A stretch of 64,000 nt of DNA, from NCBI GenBank assembly GCA_963827275.1, contig CAWHAA010000010.1, positions 352,001 to 416,000 of the forward strand, written 5' to 3'. Under the pieces are notes generated by a model. The model ran no database searches and had not been told where the DNA came from. It saw only the letters and a list, made by a program, of their open reading frames with translations. This stretch comes from an uncultured Spirochaetota bacterium (lineage in GTDB: Bacteria > Spirochaetota > UBA4802 > UBA5550). The position numbers and the translations under genes were made by a program. The first letter of the stretch is position 1; every line of letters begins with the position of its first letter. This document shows, one piece after another, positions 41,058 to 50,203 of this stretch.

Positions 41058-43139
41058 ATGGCAGACATAGAACTGAAAATCCGCAGCAGGGACATCGGCA
41101 CCCTGCTCAAGATGATAAAGATCAGCAACCCGGAGATCGACCTCACGGTCATCCAGAAGGCCTATCTTTTCGCCAACGCGGCGCACGAGGGCCAGGTGCG
41201 GCTCTCCGGCGAGCCCTACATCGTCCACCCGCTGGAGGTGGGCATCATCCTCGCCGGGTTCAAGCTGGACACCGATACCATCGCCGCGGCCCTGCTGCAT
41301 GACACGGTCGAGGACACCGGGACCACGCTCGACATGATCGAAAAGGTCTTCGGGACGGACGTCGCCCTCATGGTGGACGGCGTCACCAAGATTTCGTCCA
41401 TTAAAAGCAGGACCAAGGCAACGGCGCAGGCCGCGACACTCAGGAAGATGCTCATCGCCACGGTCAAGGACGTCCGCGTCATCATCATCAAGCTCGCGGA
41501 CAAGCTCCACAACATGCGCACCATCATGTTCCAGCCGCCCGAGACGCAGGAGCGCGTCGCCCGGGAGACACTGGACATATACGCCCCCCTGGCCCGGCGC
41601 CTGGGGATGTCCAAGATATCGGGCGAGCTGGAAGACCTGGCCTTCCGCGTGCTCGAGCCGGACGAATACAATGAGATCAGGAACAACATCGCGCAGCGGA
41701 ACACCGAGCTGGAGGCGTATCTGGACAGCGTCCGCGCCCTCCTGCTGGAGCGCCTCAACAGCCTCAACATCGACGCGGTCATAACGGGAAGGGCCAAGCA
41801 CTACTACTCGATCCACAAGAAGATCGTTGAGCAGGAAAAGACCTTCGAGGAGATCTATGACATCAGGGCGATACGGATCATCACCAAGGAGATACGGGAC
41901 TGCTACGGCGTGCTGGGCGTGGTCCACACCCTCTGGTCCCCCATCATCACGCGCTTCAAGGACTACATCGCGGTCCCGAAATCGAACATGTACCAGTCGC
42001 TCCACACCACGGTGATCGGCCCCGACGGGCACCGGCTGGAGGTGCAGATCCGCACGGAGAAGATGCACGCGACCGCGGAGATGGGGATCGCCGCCCACTG
42101 GCTCTACAAGGAGGACCCCGGTGCGCTGAAAAAAAACAGCAGGGCCCTCGCCTTTCTCAAGGACATCACCGAGCACCCGGAAGACCTCCGGGACACCCGC
42201 GAGTTCATGAAAAGCCTCAAGATGGACCTCTACGACAACGAGATCTTTGTATTCACGCCCAAGGGCAAGATCATAAAGCTCCCCACGGGCGCGACGCCCC
42301 TCGACTTCGCCTACGCCATCCACACGCAGGTGGGCAATACCACCGTGGGCGCCCGGGTGAACAACGCCATGGCGCCGCTGAAGACGCGGCTGAAGAGCGG
42401 CGACATCGTGGAGATCATGACCAGCAAGAAGGGGCACCCGTCCGAGTCGTGGCTCAAGCTGGTGGTGTCCCCCGGCGCGCGGAACAAGATCCGCGCATGG
42501 GTCCGCAGGCAGATGGAAGCCGGGACCAAGCCTCAGGAAGAGGAAAAACACCATGAGGAAAAACATCACGATGAGAAGGGACGGAAGGAGGACAAGGCCC
42601 GCAGGGACGACAAGACCGTGGCGGTGGCCATTCCCCAGGACGAGCAGATAAAGCTGAAGACCGTCTCGAAGCAGAAAAAAACCGGCATCACGATCAACGG
42701 GGCGTCCAACGTCCTGATACGGCTCTCCCAGTGCTGCCAGCCGATACCGGGGGACGACGTCGTGGGGTTCATCACCCGCGGCAGGGGCATCACGGTGCAC
42801 AAGCGCAACTGCCCCTCGCTCAAGCGCCTGGCGGGCGAGCCGGAGCGCATGATCAACATCGTCTGGGAGGGCTCACCCGACACCTTCTATCCCATCAAGG
42901 TCGCCGTGGAGGCCATCGACCGCCCCAACCTTCTCAAAGACGTCGCGGACGAGATCTCCCTGGGCAAGACCAACATAATAAAGGCCGAGGCGTACGTCGA
43001 GGAGAGCAAGCACGCCGTATTCAAGTTCATCCTCGAGGTCAGGGGCAATGACCATCTCAAGGAGATCATACACCGGCTGAAGAACATCAAGAACGTGACC
43101 AACGTGTACAAGCTGAACGAAAAGGTCATACTGAAATAG
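41058..43139 (+). CDS. rel: Bifunctional (p)ppGpp synthetase/hydrolase (long RSH)
   Basis: HD motif LHDTVED, KLADKLHNMRT, RFKD, YQSLHT, EVQIRT, TGS (DFAYAIHT), CCQPIPGD and ACT domains. Confidence 0.95.
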   Translation: MADIELKIRSRDIGTLLKMIKISNPEIDLTVIQKAYLFANAAHEGQVRLSGEPYIVHPLEVGIILAGFKLDTDTIAAALLHDTVEDTGTTLDMIEKVFGTDVALMVDGVTKISSIKSRTKATAQAATLRKMLIATVKDVRVIIIKLADKLHNMRTIMFQPPETQERVARETLDIYAPLARRLGMSKISGELEDLAFRVLEPDEYNEIRNNIAQRNTELEAYLDSVRALLLERLNSLNIDAVITGRAKHYYSIHKKIVEQEKTFEEIYDIRAIRIITKEIRDCYGVLGVVHTLWSPIITRFKDYIAVPKSNMYQSLHTTVIGPDGHRLEVQIRTEKMHATAEMGIAAHWLYKEDPGALKKNSRALAFLKDITEHPEDLRDTREFMKSLKMDLYDNEIFVFTPKGKIIKLPTGATPLDFAYAIHTQVGNTTVGARVNNAMAPLKTRLKSGDIVEIMTSKKGHPSESWLKLVVSPGARNKIRAWVRRQMEAGTKPQEEEKHHEEKHHDEKGRKEDKARRDDKTVAVAIPQDEQIKLKTVSKQKKTGITINGASNVLIRLSQCCQPIPGDDVVGFITRGRGITVHKRNCPSLKRLAGEPERMINIVWEGSPDTFYPIKVAVEAIDRPNLLKDVADEISLGKTNIIKAEAYVEESKHAVFKFILEVRGNDHLKEIIHRLKNIKNVTNVYKLNEKVILK

Positions 43140-43142
43140 TCC

Positions 43143-43748
43143 ATGAATATACTCCTGGGCTCCTCATCCCCGAGACGTAAACGCATCGTGGCATCGCTGG
43201 TGGACGACTTCAGTACCGCGCACCCTTCTATCGATGAAACGCCGATGGCATCCGAGGTCCCGGCCGCGTTCGCCGTCAGGATAGCGGAAGAAAAATGCCG
43301 GGCCATCCTGGAAACGGGCGCCCTGCCCGCCTGCCCCTCGCTGGTCATCACCGCGGACACCATCGTCACCATCGACGGCCTTGTCATCGGCAAGCCGGCC
43401 GACTTCGATGATGCGGTGGCGATGATTGCGCGGCTGAACGGCCGGACGCACCAGGTCATCACCGCCCTGACCCTCTGCGCGGCCGAACGGCCGGGGGAGA
43501 CCAGGACCGTGTCCGGCCGGGAGACGACCGAGGTGCGGTTTAAAAAGCTCGACCGCGAAGGGATCATCCGGTACCTCGGGGCAATCGACTACCGGGACAA
43601 GGCGGGCAGCTACGCCTTCCAGGAGCACGGCGGGATGATCGTGGAGGGGTTCCGCGGGTCGGCGACGAACATCATCGGGTTTCCGCTCCGCCTGTTCTTC
43701 TCGATGCTGTCTGACCTGGGGCTGGTGGACCGCGTCTTCAGGATATGA
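43143..43748 (+). CDS. maf: Maf nucleotide pyrophosphatase
   Basis: LGSSSPRR, IDE, ADTIV, GKP, DKAGSY and NIIGFP. Confidence 0.93.
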   Translation: MNILLGSSSPRRKRIVASLVDDFSTAHPSIDETPMASEVPAAFAVRIAEEKCRAILETGALPACPSLVITADTIVTIDGLVIGKPADFDDAVAMIARLNGRTHQVITALTLCAAERPGETRTVSGRETTEVRFKKLDREGIIRYLGAIDYRDKAGSYAFQEHGGMIVEGFRGSATNIIGFPLRLFFSMLSDLGLVDRVFRI

Positions 43749-43879
43749 TTCCCCCCGCCCGCGCGGGTCACGAATCAGGGTCCGATCACCCTACCGCCCC
43801 CTGGCCCCCGTCGGGGGGACGTGGTAAGTGACAATGAGGGCCGGTTGGCGGACAGGCGTATCGGTCATTGCAGGCCCGC

Positions 43880-44638
43880 TTACTTTGGCTTCACGCAGGT
43901 GAAATACCAGTCCCAGGGCGGGTCCTCCTTCGGGTAATACATCTGCCCCGCCTCTCTCCACCTGGTCCACCGGTACGGGACCCTCACGATGTCAAAGTCG
44001 GCGAAACCGGCCTTGCCGAACCTGTATACAATTTCAAAGCGGTAAAAGGCCTTCTGTACATCGCCGTCAAAGTCAATTAATCCGTGAAACGCGTCATAGG
44101 ACTTGTGGTCCAGCTTCCTGGACGCCTGCAGCATCACTTTTTTCTGGGAGGCTTCCTTTTCCAGTTCCCGGTCGACAAAAAGCATGTTCTGGTAAATATA
44201 GGACTCCATTGCCGGAATGATGGCGAACAATCTTCCTCCCGGTTTGAGGATTTTGAATGCTTCGCATATCATCCTGTTCAGCTTCACAAGGTCCGAGGCG
44301 AGGATTGAGTTCACGGCCACCGCGGCATCGAAAGACGCTTCCATGCCCGCCATGCCGGCAATGTCCATGACCAGAAAATTCGCGTCAGACCCGGGGTTGT
44401 TCGCTTTCGCCAGTGCGATCATCTCCTGGGAGAAGTCAATCGCGGTGACGGTCCTGAAATTTTCATCAAGGAAAGGAACAAGCTCCCCGATGCCGCAACC
44501 CAGCTCAATGACCGATAATTTCTTTGACCTGAGGGCTTTCAGGTCGTCGATCAGCGGATTGTGCATGGCGTCTTTAAGAGGGCTTAATATTTCCGAATAA
44601 TAATCCCCTGATATCCTGTCCCATGCCTGCTCATCCAT
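43880..44638 (-). CDS. Class I SAM-dependent methyltransferase
   Basis: IELGCGIG, AIDFSQEMI and LKPGGRL. Confidence 0.88.
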   Translation of the reverse strand: MDEQAWDRISGDYYSEILSPLKDAMHNPLIDDLKALRSKKLSVIELGCGIGELVPFLDENFRTVTAIDFSQEMIALAKANNPGSDANFLVMDIAGMAGMEASFDAAVAVNSILASDLVKLNRMICEAFKILKPGGRLFAIIPAMESYIYQNMLFVDRELEKEASQKKVMLQASRKLDHKSYDAFHGLIDFDGDVQKAFYRFEIVYRFGKAGFADFDIVRVPYRWTRWREAGQMYYPKEDPPWDWYFTCVKPK

Positions 44639-44952
44639 TATGCGCCAGTCTAGCCTCCTCCATAGTAGTTACTCAAATTGGACGTGGTAAAGATCCCGGC
44701 TCATTTTCTTAAACTGATCAAAATCCTTTGCTGTTTAAAACACAAGGCAACTGTTTATGGCTTTTACTCTGTTGCGAGACTACAGATCCGCCATCATCAT
44801 CCAGTCAATACCAATTATGTCACATGATTCCCGATATTGCAAGGAACTTTTTCCCGGATAATATATTCCCCATGTAAGTTATTTTATGATCATATAAATT
44901 ATGTTTGCTAAATAAAACCCTATCTGACATAATTAGCCAAATTGCACAGTTT

Positions 44953-46302
44953 ATGGCATTGAAACCGGGGGGAATTCTTGTTTCAGCTCTGCTGATGGTC
45001 TGTTTTTCCCTGACAATTGTTTCATGTAAGCAACAATCCAAAACATCGATCCTTCCGCTTCCGGTTGCCGCCGGCAATGACGGCGGCGGAGATGATGGCG
45101 GGGATGTTTCCGCTACCGCGGTAATGCTTAACGGCAGTACACTCGCATTGAATAGGTATTCAAGCTATTACACGGCATTCAACAATGCCGGGTACGGAAT
45201 GGCGGTCTGGTATTCGGACGCAGGCAGTGACTCGCATATCGTCTACTCCATATATGATCCCGGCACGGGCGAATGGTCCGCGCCGCTGGAATTCGCCGAT
45301 AATATCAATTCCAACTACATACGGATCGCCAGCAACGGCGCCGGCTTCATGGTCGTATACGGCAGGAATTCAATCATATATGCCAGGCCATGGAGCGGCG
45401 GGACGCTGGGCGCACCGGTCAAAATATCGGGGAACAGCACCCAGACGGACGCGCCGAATGTGTCCTCAAACGGCAGCGGGTACTGCGCGGTGTGGCGCCA
45501 GTATGATACAGACCGACACAACCTGTACGCGGCTGTCCATAACGGCACATCGTGGGGTACTCCGGCGCGGCTTATCGATACCACTGATTATCCTGACGTG
45601 TGCGCGATCTCGACAAACAGCGCCGGGTATTGCGTCACCTGGCGTGAGAACAACAGGCTTTTCGCGGCCGTGTACGCGTCTTCATCATGGTCGGCGGGCG
45701 TGACTGTGGACGCGGGAGCGTATCCATCCAATTATAGCGTCGCCGGCAATGCCTCCCGGTATGTGATCGTGTTCCAAACCGGGTCAAACGATATTTACGC
45801 GAACATATACAATGCCGGGTGGGGCGTCGCCTCGCTGCTCGAAACCAGCGGCAATACGGCCCAGAGCCCGCGCGTCGCGTCCAACGGCTCCACCTTCTGC
45901 TGCGTGTGGCACCAGTATGACGGCACATATTATACTGTTTACGCGAGCTTCTACGACGGCAGCAGCTGGAGCGAGGCAGAGGCCATTGACAATGGCGATA
46001 ATTATGCCTATAATCCCGAAGTGACATCAGACGGGAGCGGTTATTGCGCGGTATGGTTCCAGGGTGACGGAACATCGGACAAAATATTCGCCAACCGGTA
46101 CACCGCGTCATGGCAGGGGGCCGAGGTCCTCAACCCGGACAATACCGAGGGATCGGGTTACCCGTATATCCGCTCAAACGGTTCCGGCTATATGGCGCAC
46201 TGGAATGAAACCGTGTACGGGCTCCTCCCGGGGAACGCCGACCTCAGGGGCTCATACCTCACCGGCGCTGACCTTACGGGCGCGGACCGCCGGGGACCTT
46301 GA
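44953..46302 (+). CDS. Probable lipoprotein with about 8 beta-propeller-like repeats and an aberrant C-terminus
   Basis: Lipobox IVSC and repeats PxVxSNGSGYCAVWxQxDG...YAxxY...W. Ends in ADLRG/SYLTG/ADLTG pentapeptides. Confidence 0.7.
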   Translation: MALKPGGILVSALLMVCFSLTIVSCKQQSKTSILPLPVAAGNDGGGDDGGDVSATAVMLNGSTLALNRYSSYYTAFNNAGYGMAVWYSDAGSDSHIVYSIYDPGTGEWSAPLEFADNINSNYIRIASNGAGFMVVYGRNSIIYARPWSGGTLGAPVKISGNSTQTDAPNVSSNGSGYCAVWRQYDTDRHNLYAAVHNGTSWGTPARLIDTTDYPDVCAISTNSAGYCVTWRENNRLFAAVYASSSWSAGVTVDAGAYPSNYSVAGNASRYVIVFQTGSNDIYANIYNAGWGVASLLETSGNTAQSPRVASNGSTFCCVWHQYDGTYYTVYASFYDGSSWSEAEAIDNGDNYAYNPEVTSDGSGYCAVWFQGDGTSDKIFANRYTASWQGAEVLNPDNTEGSGYPYIRSNGSGYMAHWNETVYGLLPGNADLRGSYLTGADLTGADRRGP

Positions 46303-46459
46303 CACGAATCACCGCAGATCATGATCCGGCGCCCGCCCCACTCCGTCCCCGCTTCGACGCACCGTGTCCATATGAAAATATATTGACTTTAACCATCTAT
46401 CCTTCATATATAGGGCATCGGCAGCGCGGCGCCAATCTGAACCATTCCCGAGGTCCCAC

Positions 46460-47044
46460 ATGAAAAAGCGGAAAACCTATCTCATCGACAAGCAGTACCA
46501 GCTGCGGACGACCTTTTCGATAATCGGCATCGTGTCGATCATCACGGCCGTCATCCTGGGCGCCATTACCATCAGCGTGGTATACAACAACGGCATACTG
46601 AGGGAAAACAGCCATAAGATATCGAATATCTACGAGATTGAAAACAACATATTTACGTCGCTCTCGGAAATACCACGGGCCGTCATGGACCCCGCCACGA
46701 AGGCAGCCATAATCCAGAACACCCATAACCATGAAAAAAACATGGAGACCCTGAACAACATCACCGAGTATAACACGAAAATCATAACCTACAACAGGAT
46801 ACTGCTGTGGGCGATCATCCTGGTGATCCTCGTCCAATGCGTGGCCCTGTATATCATTCTCATCAGGCAGACACACCGGGTATCCGGACCCATATACGTC
46901 ATATCCAGCTTCATGAAGGACATCATTGCGGGCCGGCAGCCGACGCTCAGACCGCTCCGTCAGAAGGACGAGCTGAAGGAATTCTACGAGCTCTTCAAGC
47001 AGATGGTCGCCGCGGTACATGAACGGGAAAAGAAAAAGTCCTGA
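46460..47044 (+). CDS. Two-TM membrane protein with HAMP-like C-terminus
   Basis: KRKTYLIDKQYQ start, two TM helices and THRVSGP...LRQKDELKE. Confidence 0.7.
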   Translation: MKKRKTYLIDKQYQLRTTFSIIGIVSIITAVILGAITISVVYNNGILRENSHKISNIYEIENNIFTSLSEIPRAVMDPATKAAIIQNTHNHEKNMETLNNITEYNTKIITYNRILLWAIILVILVQCVALYIILIRQTHRVSGPIYVISSFMKDIIAGRQPTLRPLRQKDELKEFYELFKQMVAAVHEREKKKS

Positions 47045-47074
47045 TGATACGACCGGAACGGGGAGCGGCCGCGC

Positions 47075-47434
47075 ATGCCTGACGACATTGCCCTCATCAT
47101 AGAAAAAGCCAGGGAGCTTTCCGCGTCCATACGCGGGCACGAGCTGACCAGGCGCTACAACGAGTGCCTGGCACGGATGAACAAAGACCGCACCGCGCAG
47201 GAACTTTACATGAAACTCATCTCCATGGGGAAGGAGCTGAACGACATCATGGCGGCCGGGGGCATCGTCCAGAGGCCGCAGACCTCGGAATATGAGCTCA
47301 TGCAGAAGGACCTCGAGAACAACCCGCTGGTCAGGGAATACATCCAGGCCCAGTCGGAATACCTCGACCTGTTAAAAAAAGTTACCGAAATGATCAAGAA
47401 CCCGGACCAGCAACAAGCCGATAGTTATCGGTAG
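47075..47434 (+). CDS. YlbF/YmcA-family small helical protein
   Basis: IIEKARELSASI...DRTAQEL...NPLVREYIQAQ pattern and 119 aa length. Confidence 0.7.
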   Translation: MPDDIALIIEKARELSASIRGHELTRRYNECLARMNKDRTAQELYMKLISMGKELNDIMAAGGIVQRPQTSEYELMQKDLENNPLVREYIQAQSEYLDLLKKVTEMIKNPDQQQADSYR

Positions 47435-47514
47435 TCCCCGGGGTCAGAGCAACCTGTCAACCGATAGTTATCGGTTGTCCCGGGGTCAGAGCAACTCAAC
47501 CGATAGTTATCGGT
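47417..47514. repeat. Second array of the ACCGATAGTTATCGGT repeat family (2 full units plus 1 core)
   Basis: Units start at 47417, 47460 and 47499. The first two end in GGGGTCAGAGCAAC. Confidence 0.95.
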
Positions 47515-47614
47515 ACCATCTTCATCCAATAATTTTATTAATAATAAAAATTCTTTTTATTATTAATCCTCCCGACTCGTTACCCGGATAAATCAACAAA
47601 AAAGGAGCTGCGCT

Positions 47615-47974
47615 ATGCAAAACTATCAGACGGTAACGATTGAAGGACGCGCGACGCATGACCCGGTGCTGAAGCAGACGAAGACCGGCAAGAACGTGTG
47701 CACGTTCTCGGTGGCGATGAACCACTATTCGAAGGAGGGCGCCGAGCCCCAGGTATCGTTCATCGACGTTGAAACTTGGGAAAAGCTCGCGGAGTACTGC
47801 TCGGGCAATGTTTCAAAGGGAAGGAGGATAATGGTCGCCGGCACCCTGCGGCAGGACCGCTGGGAAGGCCAGGACGGTAAAAAGCAGTCGCGGATCAAGA
47901 TCGTCGGAAAGGAAGTGCGGTTCATCGAGACCGTGAAAAAGCAGGATACCGAACCGATGCGAAAGGCGAGCTGA
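47615..47974 (+). CDS. ssb: Single-stranded DNA-binding protein, short form without acidic tail
   Basis: GRATHDP, FSVAMN, SFIDVETWEKLAE, KGRRIMVAGTLRQDRWE and RBS AGGAG. Ends PMRKAS. Confidence 0.92.
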   Translation: MQNYQTVTIEGRATHDPVLKQTKTGKNVCTFSVAMNHYSKEGAEPQVSFIDVETWEKLAEYCSGNVSKGRRIMVAGTLRQDRWEGQDGKKQSRIKIVGKEVRFIETVKKQDTEPMRKAS

Positions 47975-48025
47975 CTTCTCCGCCCGGGGTGCCGTCTCCG
48001 CCGGCGTCCCGGGCCGCGGCCCTTG

Positions 48026-50203
48026 CTATGCGAGCGCCTTTTCTATGCCCTCGATAAGTCCCGCCACATACCGCTGCACGTCATCGATCTGACCGCGCGG
48101 GACCCTGAATCCTACAGCCCCCTCGTGGCCGCCCCCCTCTTCTATGGAAAAAAGTTCAATGACCTTTCGCAGGTCGAAGGTCTTAAACTTCTGCCCGCGC
48201 CGCAGGCGGAACTGGACCAGGCCGGAATGTTCGCCGTCGTCATAGGCGACCAGGCCGAGAAAGCCGCTCTCCTCGGCAAGGTGGTCGGCGATCGACCGCG
48301 TTACCGATACAATGGTATCACCGTCAAATTCGCCGTAGAGGTACCGCATGTCATCCTCTCCCAGGACCGTGTACCCGATATGCCGCGAGAATTTTTTTCC
48401 GCCTATGATATACCGGTAGCAGCGTTCCTCCACCGATGAAAGCCGCTGTATCTCATGGAAGATTTCGTCCTTGTTGACGAAGTTGGATTCCTTCGTCGTC
48501 TCCTGGGCCAGCATTGAATTATAGAGGTTGCTGAAAATATCATAATAGCGCTTCTGCCGTCTGGATATTATGTACTGGCCCATGCTGGTGTCTCCCACAA
48601 TCCCGGTAAGCACCGACAGGATCACGTTCCGGGAAAGCGGGTTCTGGACATTGTACCGCTGCATGATGTCCTGGCGCTTTGACAGCTTGAGGGCCAGGAG
48701 GCCCACCAGTTCGCTGGAGGAAGTCGCCTCCGTGACCAGCCGGTATCCCTCGTCGCCGATATACTGGCTGTCGGCGCCGAGGTGGTGGTCCACCTCAATT
48801 TTCAGAATCAGGCGGTCCTCCAGCATCCCCATGATTTCAGGGACCGCGTCGATCATCGCCGGCTTCGGCGTATCGCACACGACGATGACATCAACCGGAC
48901 CCGGCACCCGGTCCCCGGGGCCGATGCAGTCGATCGCGTTATGCGTGCAGATGTTGAGCAGGTACTGAAAATGCTCGTGGACCCCCTCGCTCAGATAGAT
49001 CGCGGCCTTCCGCCCGAACTTGCCTATAATGAGGGCAAAGGCGACCATCGAACCGATGCAGTCTTCATCAGGGCTTTTATGGCCCAGAAACAGAAAGTGG
49101 TTGTAGTGGCCCAGGGCATCGATGATATTTCCGACGATTCTGTTCTTTTCATATATCGTGGTTATCGCGCGCTTGATCAGATGGGCGGTCGGTTTCCAGG
49201 CGCCGTTCGCAACGAGCGCCACCTGGTTCCTCCCCCACTCCTTGGCCAGGTAGAGCGCCTGGTCTGCCATCTCTTTCAGCTTTGCGGGATCATCAGCATC
49301 ATCAGGAAACGAGGCGATGCCGATCGATATCGTGAGCCCTCCCTCGCGGCCGCCGCAGCCCTTCATCAGCCCCAGCGACTCCACCTCGGCCCTTCCCCGT
49401 TCCGCGATTTCCAGCGCCGTCTCGCACGGGGTATTGGGCATGAGAACGATGAACTCGTCCCCCCCGAACCGCGCGAGCAGGTCGCCCTCGCGCAGCACCC
49501 TGTTGAAGGCCCGCACGACCTCCACGATGCACCGGTCCCCGCCTTCATGCCCGTGTTCGGCGTTGATGTCACGGAAAAAATCGAGGTCCACCATGGCGAG
49601 CGACAGGGGCGAACCCTCGCTCCTGGCCCGGTCCACCTGGCCCGCCAGCGCGTCGTCGAGGAAGCGGCGGTTATAGGCGCCGGTGAGCTCGTCCGTGATT
49701 GACCGCCGCCGGGCCGCCTCGCCCCACTGCACCATGTCCGACAGGAACTCGCCGGTGCCGCGCAGCCGCTGCGTGGTGATGTTGAGCATCCGGTACATTA
49801 TTTTCACGGCGATATCGGGACGGCGCTCGATCATGCGGTAGAAGTCCCGCTCGTGGAGGCCGAGGAGCGTGCACGGCTCCGCGCAGACGCAGGTTGCGGA
49901 GCGCGGCGCGTTCTCGAATATCGACATCTCCCCGAAAAAGTCGCCCGGTCCGAACCGGGCGATATGCCGGTCGCTCCCGTCCTTGAGCCGCAGGGTGCTT
50001 GTCACGGCACCGCTCTTCACGATGAAGAGCTCGTTCCCGCGGTCGCCCTCCCTGAAGAGGACTTCGTTCATGCCGATCTCGTGTGTAGTGAAGAGTGCGC
50101 TGACGAAGCCGATATCGTCCGGCTCGAGGAGCGACAGGATCTCCACCCTGCTTAAAAAATCTATCTGGCTGTCCATCCGGTCCTGGTCCTGTTGCTCTGT
50201 CAT
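48026..50203 (-). CDS. cNMP-binding + diguanylate cyclase (GGDEF) + DHH/DHHA1 phosphoesterase fusion
   Basis: FFGEMSIFENAPRSAT; DELTGAYNRR, DLDFF, RFGGDEF; GHKSPDEDCIGS, CDT, VDHH, GIVGDT and GGGHEGAVG. Confidence 0.9.
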   Translation of the reverse strand: MTEQQDQDRMDSQIDFLSRVEILSLLEPDDIGFVSALFTTHEIGMNEVLFREGDRGNELFIVKSGAVTSTLRLKDGSDRHIARFGPGDFFGEMSIFENAPRSATCVCAEPCTLLGLHERDFYRMIERRPDIAVKIMYRMLNITTQRLRGTGEFLSDMVQWGEAARRRSITDELTGAYNRRFLDDALAGQVDRARSEGSPLSLAMVDLDFFRDINAEHGHEGGDRCIVEVVRAFNRVLREGDLLARFGGDEFIVLMPNTPCETALEIAERGRAEVESLGLMKGCGGREGGLTISIGIASFPDDADDPAKLKEMADQALYLAKEWGRNQVALVANGAWKPTAHLIKRAITTIYEKNRIVGNIIDALGHYNHFLFLGHKSPDEDCIGSMVAFALIIGKFGRKAAIYLSEGVHEHFQYLLNICTHNAIDCIGPGDRVPGPVDVIVVCDTPKPAMIDAVPEIMGMLEDRLILKIEVDHHLGADSQYIGDEGYRLVTEATSSSELVGLLALKLSKRQDIMQRYNVQNPLSRNVILSVLTGIVGDTSMGQYIISRRQKRYYDIFSNLYNSMLAQETTKESNFVNKDEIFHEIQRLSSVEERCYRYIIGGKKFSRHIGYTVLGEDDMRYLYGEFDGDTIVSVTRSIADHLAEESGFLGLVAYDDGEHSGLVQFRLRRGQKFKTFDLRKVIELFSIEEGGGHEGAVGFRVPRGQIDDVQRYVAGLIEGIEKALA

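Noticed and set aside
41043..42800. 585-aa antisense ORF over rel (likewise 21647..23362, 31274..32380, 58910..60085)
   Set aside because: Shadow ORFs expected from high-GC codon bias opposite well-supported genes; no recognisable motifs.
49500..49600. Hypr-type (3',3'-cGAMP) GGDEF
   Set aside because: The specificity position retains Asp (GHEGGD), not the Ser of Hypr enzymes.
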